A stretch of 64,000 nt of DNA from an uncultured Candidatus Micrarchaeota archaeon (lineage in GTDB: Archaea; Micrarchaeota; Micrarchaeia; Micrarchaeales; Micrarchaeaceae). Location: NCBI GenBank assembly GCA_963741095.1, contig CAVUGN010000001.1:79747-143746 (forward strand), written 5' to 3'. Position numbers and translations under genes: made by a program. Shown here in pieces: positions 19,910 through 27,967 of this stretch. Each line of letters begins with the position of its first letter. Position 1 is the first letter of the stretch. The notes beneath the pieces were generated by a model. The model saw nothing but the letters and a program-made list of their open reading frames with translations, was not told where the DNA came from and searched no databases.

Positions 19910-20416
19910 AGCTGGCGAGTGGTACAAATGACAAAGAAACTTGAATTGAATCCAGACTTGAGTTACATGCTTGGTCTGCATCAGTGCAACAAGCAGGATT
20001 CTTATGTAGGCGTAGCTTCAGCAAGCAACGAGCTCATAGAGAGATTCGTGAAGCTTGCGTTGTACGACCTGAAGATCGAGCCGAACAAGATTCTTGTCGA
20101 GGAGGGAAAAGCGATTTTCTACAACTCGAAGATAAGGAAATTGTTCGACAGTGCTCTTGGAAGAAGGATAAAGATATTCAAGTACCGAAACGAATACGCA
20201 TCAAACTATCTTGCAGCCTTATACGACTGCAACGGTGGCGTAGACAGGAAAGGCCTCTTTCTGAGGAACCTGGAAGGTGCGGATGAAATGATCATGGAGA
20301 ACATCGGATTCCACTCCGCGAAAGCGGGGTCAAAGAATTACGTGTTCAACCAGGGATGAGTTTCTCACGTTTATCAGGCCCTACAGTATTAGGGCAAACC
20401 ATTCGCCCGCCCGGTA
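19910..20416 (+). mobile_element. archaeal rRNA intron (507 nt, BHB-type) at about E. coli 1101/1102
   Basis: CCGG-TAA at both junctions; terminal stem GGCGAGTGGT/ACCATTCGCC; removal restores GTTAAGTCCGGTAACGAGCGAGACCC. Confidence 0.92.
19928..20359 (+). CDS. intron-encoded degenerate LAGLIDADG homing endonuclease-like protein, apparent frameshift near the 3' end
   Basis: LSYMLGLHQCN and YLAALYDCNG resemble two LAGLIDADG helices; a +1 frame continues DEFLTFIRPYSIRANHSPAR to TAA at 20417. Confidence 0.7.
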   Translation: MTKKLELNPDLSYMLGLHQCNKQDSYVGVASASNELIERFVKLALYDLKIEPNKILVEEGKAIFYNSKIRKLFDSALGRRIKIFKYRNEYASNYLAALYDCNGGVDRKGLFLRNLEGADEMIMENIGFHSAKAGSKNYVFNQG

Positions 20417-21017
20417 ACGAGCGAGACCCTCGCTGACAGTTGCAACGGGTTTAGAGATAAATCCGGCACTCTGTCGGGACCGCCTCTGTTTAAAGAGGAG
20501 GAAGGAGAGGGCCACGGTACGTCAGTATGCTCTGAATCTTCTGGGCCACACGCGGCATACAAAGGTTGGCACAATGAGATGCAATGCCGAAAGGCAAAGC
20601 CAATCCCCAAAAACCAACCTAAGTTCGGATTGAGGGTTGAAACCCACCCTCATGAAGCTGAAATGTCTAGTAATCGCTTGTCACCATCGAGCGGTGAATC
20701 TGTCCCTGCTCCTTGCACACACCGCCTGCCAAGTCACCTAAGTGGGGTCCTAGTGAGGCAGCACCTTAGGGTGCTTTCGAGTTAGGGTTCTATGAGGAGG
20801 GCTAAGGCATAACAAGGTATCCGTAGGGGAACCTGCGGATAGATCACCTTAAAACTTCGAGAGAAGTTACATAGTGTGCACAGGTTGCGTCTTCGTACAT
20901 TAAATCCTCAAGACTACAAAATTCTTTTTTTAATCGAATCGGAAAGGCGGGCGAGAGTAACTCTTTTTTGTTATGCCCACTACTTATGAAAAAGCGTATT
21001 GGAAAGGTATAAGTATG

Positions 21018-21032
21018 TATACAGTCTGTATA
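21018..21032. promoter_or_regulatory. probable vapBC operator palindrome
   Basis: TATACAG-T-CTGTATA inverted repeat 15 nt upstream of the antitoxin start. Confidence 0.55.
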
Positions 21033-21046
21033 TAGTTAGTGTCCGA

Positions 21047-21265
21047 ATGAAAACGATAATGTTGAGCGACGAAGCTTACAATAAGCTATTGTCGATAAAG
21101 GGCACAAAAAGTTTCACAGAGCTGCTCTCTGAGATTGTTGACAAACTTAGGAGTGATAAGATGAGTGATATAGACAGATTCTTTGGGATGATGAAAGATA
21201 GTGAAGCCGAAGAACTGCGTGGATTCGTTAAGATGTCTCGGGAATCTGCAAAGGCGAGATTATGA
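21047..21265 (+). CDS. vapB: VapB-type antitoxin
   Basis: MKTIMLSDEAYNKL..K..KSFTE; overlaps the downstream PIN gene (ATGA). Confidence 0.85.
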   Translation: MKTIMLSDEAYNKLLSIKGTKSFTELLSEIVDKLRSDKMSDIDRFFGMMKDSEAEELRGFVKMSRESAKARL

Positions 21266-21660
21266 AACTTTTCTTGGACTCTTCGGCACTCATAGATTTT
21301 TTTAATGGAGATACTTTGATACAAAATAGAATACACGCTGCAGACAAGATCTGCACCAGCGTCGTATGTGCATACGAAGTTTTGATAGGCGAAAGATACA
21401 AGGAGTTGAAAGGCTTGAAGTCGTCTTATGATAAAGTTTCCCAGTTCTTTGATGAGATAGAGACTTTGCCTTTCACCTACTTAAATTCGATAAAGGCAGC
21501 TGAGCTGTCTGCTAAACTCGTATTGAAAGGGAAGAAAATGAATGGACTCGATGTAATTATAGCCGCTCAGGCAATAACAGAAAATGCTTGTTTGCTGACA
21601 AAGGATAGCGATTTTAAAGTTATACAGAAAACTGCCCCCGAGCTGGTTTTGGATAGATAG
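21262..21660 (+). CDS. vapC: VapC PIN-domain toxin
   Basis: FLDSSALID, YEVLIG, DVIIAAQA, LLTKDSDF. Confidence 0.93.
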   Translation: MKLFLDSSALIDFFNGDTLIQNRIHAADKICTSVVCAYEVLIGERYKELKGLKSSYDKVSQFFDEIETLPFTYLNSIKAAELSAKLVLKGKKMNGLDVIIAAQAITENACLLTKDSDFKVIQKTAPELVLDR

Positions 21661-21744
21661 TAGTATACGGCAAAGATAAACTATTAATTTCGTTTCGAAC
21701 AGTGGTTGCTTTCGCCTGAGATAAAAATCTTGAAGTAAGAGAGA

Positions 21745-22257
21745 TTACACTCTCCTTCCCCTTCTGCCTCCAGGCCTCCTTGTGGTGTCGGTCGGTATCG
21801 GAGTCACGTCCTCTATCCTGTTGACCCTCAATCCGCTTCTTGCCAAGACCCTGACGACTGCCTGTGCTCCTGGACCTGGCGTCTTCGCGCTGTGTCCGCC
21901 TGGAGCCCTTATCTCTATGTTCACGTTCGTTACCCCCTTCTCCTTCGCTGCTGCTGCCACTTTGTATGCGGCCTGCATTGCGGCGTATGGGGATCCTTCC
22001 TGAGAATCAGCGTTGACCATCATGCCTCCGGATCCGACCGCTATGGTCTCGGAGCCGCTGAGGTCTGTAAGCGTAATTATTGTGTCGTTCTTCGATGAGT
22101 AGACATGCGCGACCGCCCATCTTTCAGCCTTGGGCTTTATTATCGCCTGTTCCATGGCCTTTGCTTCGTATGACACTCGTTCCTTCTCCTTCTCCTGCTT
22201 GCCCTGTTGCACTTCAGGTTCCTTCTGTCCCTTCTTTGTTTTCTTTTGATCTGCCAT
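21745..22257 (-). CDS. rps11: 30S ribosomal protein uS11
   Basis: [42 protein letters not shown]. Confidence 0.97.
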   Translation of the reverse strand: MADQKKTKKGQKEPEVQQGKQEKEKERVSYEAKAMEQAIIKPKAERWAVAHVYSSKNDTIITLTDLSGSETIAVGSGGMMVNADSQEGSPYAAMQAAYKVAAAAKEKGVTNVNIEIRAPGGHSAKTPGPGAQAVVRVLARSGLRVNRIEDVTPIPTDTTRRPGGRRGRRV

Positions 22258-22265
22258 TAACACAC

Positions 22266-22847
22266 CTACTTCTTTTCAACCGGCGCGGCCTTCTCGACCT
22301 TCGGCGCCTTCTCCGGCTCAGGAGCAGCCGTGACCTCGACGGTCTCGGTCGTCTCATTCTTTATCGGGGTTATGCTTATCGGCTTGTAATAACCGACGAA
22401 CTTCTCTAATTGCGAATCGACTATGAATCCGGGCTTGTTGACCCTCTTCCCGTTTATGGATATGAAGCCGTGAACCGTGAGCTGCCTTGCCTGCTTTATG
22501 CTCCTTGCAAGGCCCTTCCTGAAGACAACGGTCTGCAGCCTCCTTTCTAGAAGCGAGCTCGGCTTGAGATCCAGGAGGTCGTCGACCGCCGCGTTGGAGT
22601 TTATGACTCCAAGCCTTGAGAGCCTTCCGACGATCTGGCTTTTGCCGTCCTCGTTCTGTGATGATCCTGAAAGAAGCTCTCTTGCGTTACCCCTTATCCG
22701 GCTTATCTCCGATTGGGTCTTCCACAGCTCCTTCATGTTCTTGAGGCCGTACTGCTCTATCAGTTCGGTATCGTTCTTTATCCTCTCTAAGTTCCACCGC
22801 TCCTTCGGCTTTTCGAACTTTGATCTGTTTCTTCTTGGTGCGCCCAT
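22266..22847 (-). CDS. rps4: 30S ribosomal protein uS4
   Basis: [36 protein letters not shown]. Confidence 0.97.
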   Translation of the reverse strand: MGAPRRNRSKFEKPKERWNLERIKNDTELIEQYGLKNMKELWKTQSEISRIRGNARELLSGSSQNEDGKSQIVGRLSRLGVINSNAAVDDLLDLKPSSLLERRLQTVVFRKGLARSIKQARQLTVHGFISINGKRVNKPGFIVDSQLEKFVGYYKPISITPIKNETTETVEVTAAPEPEKAPKVEKAAPVEKK

Positions 22848-22851
22848 TCAA

Positions 22852-23475
22852 TCACTTCGCTGGTGCTGCGGCCGGAGCAGCTGCTGCCCCGCCTGCCGCC
22901 GGCTTCTCCTTTGCCGGTGAGGCCCTCGACGCCTTCTGCGCGTCCTTGACTGCCTTCTTCGTGACTCCGACGGTCACTCCGGTTCTGCCGGTTGAACGTG
23001 TGTGCTGGCCCCTGACCCTTTGGCCGTACTGATGTCTCAGGCCTCTCCACACCTTGTTTGAAATATCACGGTTGACGTCCTGCCTTGTCACGAACAGGAG
23101 ATCGTTTCCTGTGCTGTGCGTCGACAATCCCGTTTCCATGTTCTTGTTCCTGTTAAGCATGAAATTTGGCACTCCGTATTTTTCAGGCGACTTTATGACC
23201 TCTTCAAGCCTTGCCACCTGTTCCTCGCTAAGCGAGCCCACGTTCGTGCTCCTCTTTATCCCCAGCTTGGATTCTATGATTATTGAGAGGACCTGGGACA
23301 TGTTGGACCCTAGGCCCTTGACCTCGTGCAGCGAGCGCTCTATCGAGAGGGCGCCGTTGACGTCCCTTCCGGACAGTCGGACTATCGAGGACACGTTCTG
23401 CGTGCTTACTTTCTTCTCCTGCTGAGGCTTGCTTTCCTTGTTCTCCTTGTTTTCTTTTTCTTTTACTTCCGCCAT
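22852..23475 (-). CDS. rps13: 30S ribosomal protein uS13
   Basis: IVRLSGRD, PNFMLNR, WRGLRH..GQRVRGQHTRSTGR; ATG at 23475. Confidence 0.96.
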   Translation of the reverse strand: MAEVKEKENKENKESKPQQEKKVSTQNVSSIVRLSGRDVNGALSIERSLHEVKGLGSNMSQVLSIIIESKLGIKRSTNVGSLSEEQVARLEEVIKSPEKYGVPNFMLNRNKNMETGLSTHSTGNDLLFVTRQDVNRDISNKVWRGLRHQYGQRVRGQHTRSTGRTGVTVGVTKKAVKDAQKASRASPAKEKPAAGGAAAAPAAAPAK

Positions 23476-23487
23476 GTTAGCACCACA

Positions 23488-23600
23488 CGCCAGGGCTGGG
23501 ATATTCAGCATTTGCCTTTGAACCCAGAAGGCTCCGAAGAGCCATACGCTTGCGGGAATCATTTCCAGGCGTACGCGTTACCTGATTCCGCCACCCTGGC
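23488..23600 (-). tRNA. tRNA-Ser(GGA) with two introns (37/38 at 23551-23562; 59/60 at 23502-23516)
   Basis: Acceptor GCCAGGG/CCCTGGC, anticodon stem TACGC/GCGTA, long variable arm GGCTCTTCGGAGCC; the T-loop intron forms a clean BHB (TTCA-AAG / TGAA-TAT). Confidence 0.88.
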
Positions 23601-23786
23601 ACATTTAGGATTTAACGCACTCCTATTTAGGCTTTGCTAAACGTGTTCATATATGGGGTACAGCATCTATTTAATGCTAACCCCCGATTTGAATTCCCTT
23701 AGGAAACGGGCGCATGAATGAGGCAATCCGTCAATTGTCGTACAGCCAGTAAGCAATAAATATCTGGAAAGGGGGAGTATATCTTT

Positions 23787-24884
23787 ATGGTACAGGCATT
23801 CAAAGAAAGCGTGAACCCTTCGCAGGATAAGTCTAACCCGCAGGGATTTATCAGGTCAGATAATCAGGGCAAGAATGATAGCACTGTTAAAGCAGAGCGG
23901 AAGCAATCCTCTGATGATGGAAGAAAAGCGTTCATAAACTGGGGTTATGCGGGCATCGTTAACAGCTGTACCGAAGTAAGCGGAGTTGACAGGCTGATCG
24001 GGAACCTTTGGAGGATGCACGAGCTTACGGGGGCCGCGATACCGGTGGATCTGCACGAGAAGGTGCTTGACTGGATTGCAGGGTGCCCGGCGGATTGCAC
24101 ATTGAAGATGTTGGAGGCATACCTGCAAGTGGGAAAACCAAATTTCACGCAGGCGGATGCCGATAAGTTTTACGCAAGGATAATGTATCATGAAAACAAC
24201 GGTGTCATTATGAGTTCCCCTGGGAATTTTAAGAAGTTATACCGGCTTTACGAGATGACTGGGATCAAGAGCAGTAACGATTCTGACATGAGAAGGGCTT
24301 ACGCCAGGCAGAAGAGTTTAGACTGCTATCCTGACCTGATCGACTACTTCCTGAACAAGAAAGACAAGAACGAGGTAGTTTCTTTCCTCGAAAAGGTGAG
24401 GCTGCCGGTGCACGGTGTCGTTGCGATAAAAATTGAGTTTGGGATGCCGGTTTCTAAGGACGAGGTGAAGCAGGCATACGAGTACGTTATGAACCTCCGC
24501 AAAGCCAACGGCAAGGTTGACAGGCTGGGTGGCATCATCCTCGGATTGAAGAGCAATCCAGTGCTGGAATCTCTCAAGCAGGATCTTGAGAGGGTTGTCG
24601 ATCGGGTGAACGACATGAACAAAAGAACACTCTTCAAAGAGGATGCGAATGAGGCAAAAGAGGTATTCGAAGCGATAAACAAAGTGATGGATGGCGTCTC
24701 AAAGCTGGGTTTGGTGGATTTGAAGGGTTTACGCGAGATGCGTAAGAAGATCTATGACATGCAGGAGACTTTCCTTGGATCTTTCTATCATTCTTCCACC
24801 CCGATCGAAGGACAAAGACAGTGTTTGATGCTGCAGAAATTGCTGAAGGACGAAATAGCCCCGACGATGCAGAATGCGACTTAA
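23787..24884 (+). CDS. hypothetical protein, probably helical
   Basis: 365-aa ORF with purine-rich RBS; no recognisable motif. Confidence 0.65.
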   Translation: MVQAFKESVNPSQDKSNPQGFIRSDNQGKNDSTVKAERKQSSDDGRKAFINWGYAGIVNSCTEVSGVDRLIGNLWRMHELTGAAIPVDLHEKVLDWIAGCPADCTLKMLEAYLQVGKPNFTQADADKFYARIMYHENNGVIMSSPGNFKKLYRLYEMTGIKSSNDSDMRRAYARQKSLDCYPDLIDYFLNKKDKNEVVSFLEKVRLPVHGVVAIKIEFGMPVSKDEVKQAYEYVMNLRKANGKVDRLGGIILGLKSNPVLESLKQDLERVVDRVNDMNKRTLFKEDANEAKEVFEAINKVMDGVSKLGLVDLKGLREMRKKIYDMQETFLGSFYHSSTPIEGQRQCLMLQKLLKDEIAPTMQNAT

Positions 24885-24965
24885 TCCAGTTAGCTTGGGT
24901 AGGGTAAAAGTAATGGACGCACGATTACTGGGACAGGAGGTGGAAATGATCGTGCACACCGACAT

Positions 24966-25610
24966 CTACAGGGAGATCAAAAGTTGGGCAAGAAGGGCAG
25001 CGCACAACGGGATAGTTAAATTGTCATAATAGTATTTCGCAGGTAGAGATTCTATAAGCGCGGATACTGAGGCGATTACGAGGGAGATCCCGAGCAACGT
25101 GGGAATTGATGTTATACTGAATGCGAGTACAAAGGCCGTCACGACAAAACTCACTATCACAAAAGCGGCGGTGCCCTCCCAGTGCTTTCTTTTATTATAG
25201 AATATGGCATGATTCGGGAATGTTTTGCCGAAGATAGAAGCTGCCGAGTCGCCATAGGAAAGAACCATTATCCCCACAAGGGCACAAGGTAGTTTAAGAA
25301 ATGAGACTACGATCAAACCTGAAAGACAGATAAACACACCGCCCATCATAGTTTTGTTCTTCAACTCATACTCATTTGCCATTATTTTATACGCTCTTGA
25401 AGAGAAAGGAATGTTCCAGTTTCTTCCGGTCCTGAGGGAAAATTCAAGCAGAACAAAGAGGATTAAGAAAATAGAATAAAGTCCGATACCTATGGCTCGG
25501 GCCAACAACGCATTGGGGATACCTAGGATAACTAGAGGGGCAATCGTTCCCGTTATGAGTGCGTGAATGCACTTTCGTTTTATTTCCAATATCACTTCGG
25601 AACTAGGCAT
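24966..25610 (-). CDS. CTP-dependent lipid/polyprenol kinase-like membrane protein (Sec59/Dgk1/Vte5 family)
   Basis: RKCIH, GDSAASIFGK, KHWEGT, DNLTIP; multiple TM helices. Confidence 0.8.
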   Translation of the reverse strand: MPSSEVILEIKRKCIHALITGTIAPLVILGIPNALLARAIGIGLYSIFLILFVLLEFSLRTGRNWNIPFSSRAYKIMANEYELKNKTMMGGVFICLSGLIVVSFLKLPCALVGIMVLSYGDSAASIFGKTFPNHAIFYNKRKHWEGTAAFVIVSFVVTAFVLAFSITSIPTLLGISLVIASVSALIESLPAKYYYDNLTIPLCAALLAQLLISL

Positions 25611-26113
25611 CAGTAAGGAACCTCTTTCAGACCGATTTTATGGTCTATAATGTTGGAAAGACGGTGGAGCGGCGGCGTCAAGACCAAGATTATGATAAGC
25701 CCGACGAGCGTAGGCGTTTCAACTGCCGCGGAGAAAACAAGTGCCCCCACCACAAAGTCCAACTGGTCAAACGGAAACCAAGATTTTCCCGGGGGTATTC
25801 CGCGCTGCCTCTTGAAAAAAGACTTCACGGCGTCTCCCGTCATGGCACCAAATCCCAGAAGCACGCCCAACAGTAACCCCTCGGGCTTGCCAAAAACAAA
25901 CTGCTGCAGACCACCAAGAAGGGATCCGCACAACGCACCACCTACAAAACCCCTGACTGTTTTAGAGGGACCGAAGATTGGCTTGCCCCCGAAAGTCCGC
26001 CCGAAGTCCAAAGGCGTTTTTCCCCTCAATCTGAACCATACGGGGCTTATGGTGGCGAAATATGCCGGAACAATGAACCACATGGCACCTAGAAACTCCG
26101 TTAGAAGGTTCAT
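25610..26113 (-). CDS. carS: CDP-archaeol synthase
   Basis: PAYFA, PLDFGR..G.PIFG.SKT.RGF, GDAVKSFFKRQ, DQLDF, LTP.LH, GLKEVPY. Confidence 0.9.
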   Translation of the reverse strand: MNLLTEFLGAMWFIVPAYFATISPVWFRLRGKTPLDFGRTFGGKPIFGPSKTVRGFVGGALCGSLLGGLQQFVFGKPEGLLLGVLLGFGAMTGDAVKSFFKRQRGIPPGKSWFPFDQLDFVVGALVFSAAVETPTLVGLIIILVLTPPLHRLSNIIDHKIGLKEVPY

Positions 26114-26117
26114 AGAG

Positions 26118-26723
26118 TCACGTCTCTTTCACGGTTTTGAAGAACAGGCTTAGGGATTTGGCAAGAGAAAGCGGCATCAATACGAAGGCGGCAATTAGGA
26201 ATGCAACATTTATCGGATAAAGTCCAAGAATATAGGAGACCTCCATCGCGAAGAATACAACGAACGTGGCTTTCCCAAACACTGTGGGGGGCACAAATCT
26301 CAAACCCCTCGCCTTGAGGTATACGTTGTACGTGGTCATGACCACCTCCCGGCTCACAATAAGAACTAGCCCCCACCAAGGAAAGACCCCTATTACAAAC
26401 AAGCTCCCCAACAAGGCAATAAGATTAAGTCTGTCTGCCGCAAAATCGATCATTCGACCAAACTCGCTTGCCTGTTTGAGAAACCGCGCTATTCTGCCAT
26501 CCGCTACATCCGTGCAGAAAGAAACCGTAACTAAAATTGCCGCGGCCACCATATTTCGGGTCAAAATCGTGTACACTATTGGTGCCACAAGCACCATTCT
26601 TGAGAAACTGAGCAAGTTTGGCAGAGTGAGATACTTGGTTTTTCCCTTAGGGGAATCATGGTTGCCTCTTATCCTAGCAATTTTTCTAGTCAATGCCCCC
26701 CCTACGCTTGATCTAAAACACAC
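26118..26723 (-). CDS. CDP-alcohol phosphatidyltransferase
   Basis: PNLLSFSR and signature DVADGRIAR...SEFGRMIDFAAD; exact start uncertain. Confidence 0.9.
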   Translation of the reverse strand: MCFRSSVGGALTRKIARIRGNHDSPKGKTKYLTLPNLLSFSRMVLVAPIVYTILTRNMVAAAILVTVSFCTDVADGRIARFLKQASEFGRMIDFAADRLNLIALLGSLFVIGVFPWWGLVLIVSREVVMTTYNVYLKARGLRFVPPTVFGKATFVVFFAMEVSYILGLYPINVAFLIAAFVLMPLSLAKSLSLFFKTVKET

Positions 26724-26776
26724 CTGTTTTTCTCCTTTTCGAAATATTAAACAATTTACTTATGCGAAACACACTG

Positions 26777-26808
26777 CGGGCCCGGTGGGATTTGAACCCA
26801 CGACCTTC
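26777..26808 (-). repeat. duplicated tRNA 3' half (T-arm plus acceptor); att-like or degenerate tRNA
   Basis: GTCGTGGGTTCAAATCCCACCGGGCCCG matches the 3' end of the adjacent tRNA-Lys except in the T-loop. Confidence 0.7.
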
Positions 26809-26936
26809 ACCTCTCTTCCAAGCAAATTCTCTCGTCTTTTTGAGCTTTCCATAGCAACCCCGAACCCGCCTTTTGGCACGATCTTCTTCTGCTTGATCCT
26901 TAGAATCGAACCCGGCTTTGTCGTCGTAAAATACGC

Positions 26937-27011
26937 CGGGCCCGGTGGGATTCGGACCCACGACATACGGATTAAAAGTCCGCCACTCTAGCCTGACTGA
27001 GTTACGGGCCC
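26937..27011 (-). tRNA. tRNA-Lys(UUU)
   Basis: GGGCCCG acceptor, ACTC/GAGT D-stem, GCGGA-CTTTTAA-TCCGT, GTGGG-TCCGAAT-CCCAC. Confidence 0.9.
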
Positions 27012-27103
27012 CGTTAATTAATGTGCTCATCAATTTATATAATAATTGCCCTGCTACGGACCGCTATTAAAAAAAGCCTTCTCTACGTTATTGTTGGGAT
27101 AGT

Positions 27104-27967
27104 ATGCTGCCAGAATGGCTTGCGATAAAGCCCGCAACAACCAAAAGGTATGACGAGATAAGGCGGTCGATGCTCTCCTCTGGAACTTGCACGGTCTGCG
27201 TCGAGGCGCACTGCCCGAACATGTCCGAGTGCTGGAGCGCCGGAACTGCTACGTTCATGATCCTGGGCGATACCTGCACGAGAGGCTGCAGGTTCTGCAA
27301 CGTTAAAAGGGGCGCTTCGGGCGCACAGGTGGACGAATCAGAGCCGGAGAAGCTCGCGGGCATGATAAAGAGGTGGAAGCTTAGTTACATTGTACTGACA
27401 TCGGTCTGCAGGGACGACCTTGCGGATCAGGGAGCTTCGCATTTTGCCGCCTGCATCGAAAAAATCCGATTGGAGAATCCGAAAACGGTTATCGAGGTAC
27501 TCATACCCGATTTTAGGGGCGACGTTTCGTGTTTGCAGAGGGTAGTCGATGCACGCCCTGACGTGATAGGGCATAACATCGAAACAGTTGAACGGCTTAC
27601 TCCAACGGTGAGGGACAGACGAGCAAGCTATTCGCAGTCGATTGAGGTTCTGCGCAAATCGAAGCTGCTTGACAAGAGAATCTACACGAAATCTGCGATG
27701 ATGCTGGGATTGGGCGAGACGGATGATGAGATCATATCCGCGTTCGGGGATCTCAGAGAAGCCGGAGTCGATTTCTTTGCGGTTGGTCAGTATCTCAGGC
27801 CGTCCGTTCGCAACATTGAGGTAAAGGAGTACATCAGGCCCGAAAAGTTTGAGGAATTGAGGGAGAAGGCGCTGCAATCTGGATTCGTTTACGTCGCATC
27901 AGGGCCGTTCGTCAGAAGTTCTTACAGGGCAGGGGAATATTTCGTAAAATCCCTTGTTAAGAGGTAA
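27104..27967 (+). CDS. lipA: lipoyl synthase
   Basis: CVEAHCPNMSEC (CX4CX5C), CTRGCRFC radical SAM motif, HNIETV, RSSY. Confidence 0.96.
   Translation: MLPEWLAIKPATTKRYDEIRRSMLSSGTCTVCVEAHCPNMSECWSAGTATFMILGDTCTRGCRFCNVKRGASGAQVDESEPEKLAGMIKRWKLSYIVLTSVCRDDLADQGASHFAACIEKIRLENPKTVIEVLIPDFRGDVSCLQRVVDARPDVIGHNIETVERLTPTVRDRRASYSQSIEVLRKSKLLDKRIYTKSAMMLGLGETDDEIISAFGDLREAGVDFFAVGQYLRPSVRNIEVKEYIRPEKFEELREKALQSGFVYVASGPFVRSSYRAGEYFVKSLVKR

Larger units (their letters stand above)
18859..20849 (+). rRNA. rrs: 16S rRNA, archaeal and divergent, interrupted by one intron, no linked 23S
   Basis: GCCATGCAAGTC, CAGCCGCCACGGTAATAC, GAAACTTAAAACAATTGGCGGG, GTCAGCTCGTG, TTGCACACACCGCC, TAACAAGGTA, 3' GATCACCT. 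Confidence 0.97.
18800..20918 (+). other. pre-16S rRNA processing stem with BHB motif
   Basis: TGTAGTCTTGAGGA (18800-18813) is the exact reverse complement of 20905-20918; inner TGTA/TACA 4-bp helix with TAG and TTA 3-nt bulges; CGAAGA/TCTTCG and GCAACC/GGTTGC pair. Confidence 0.85.

Noticed and set aside
19903-19910. Placing the 16S intron at the known 1093 site
   Set aside because: It would change the conserved AAGTCC to AAGCCC and does not fit the bulge geometry; the 1101/1102 cut restores the exon exactly
19037-20785. ORFs 19037-19411, 19725-20024, 20389-20610 and 20579-20785
   Set aside because: They overlap conserved 16S rRNA exon sequence
23476-23562. N-terminal extension of rps13 in the ORF track
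   Set aside because: It overlaps tRNA-Ser; the ATG at 23475 fits better
24885-27011. Complete integrative element or provirus at tRNA-Lys
   Set aside because: No integrase, transposase or viral genes, and no distal att copy seen
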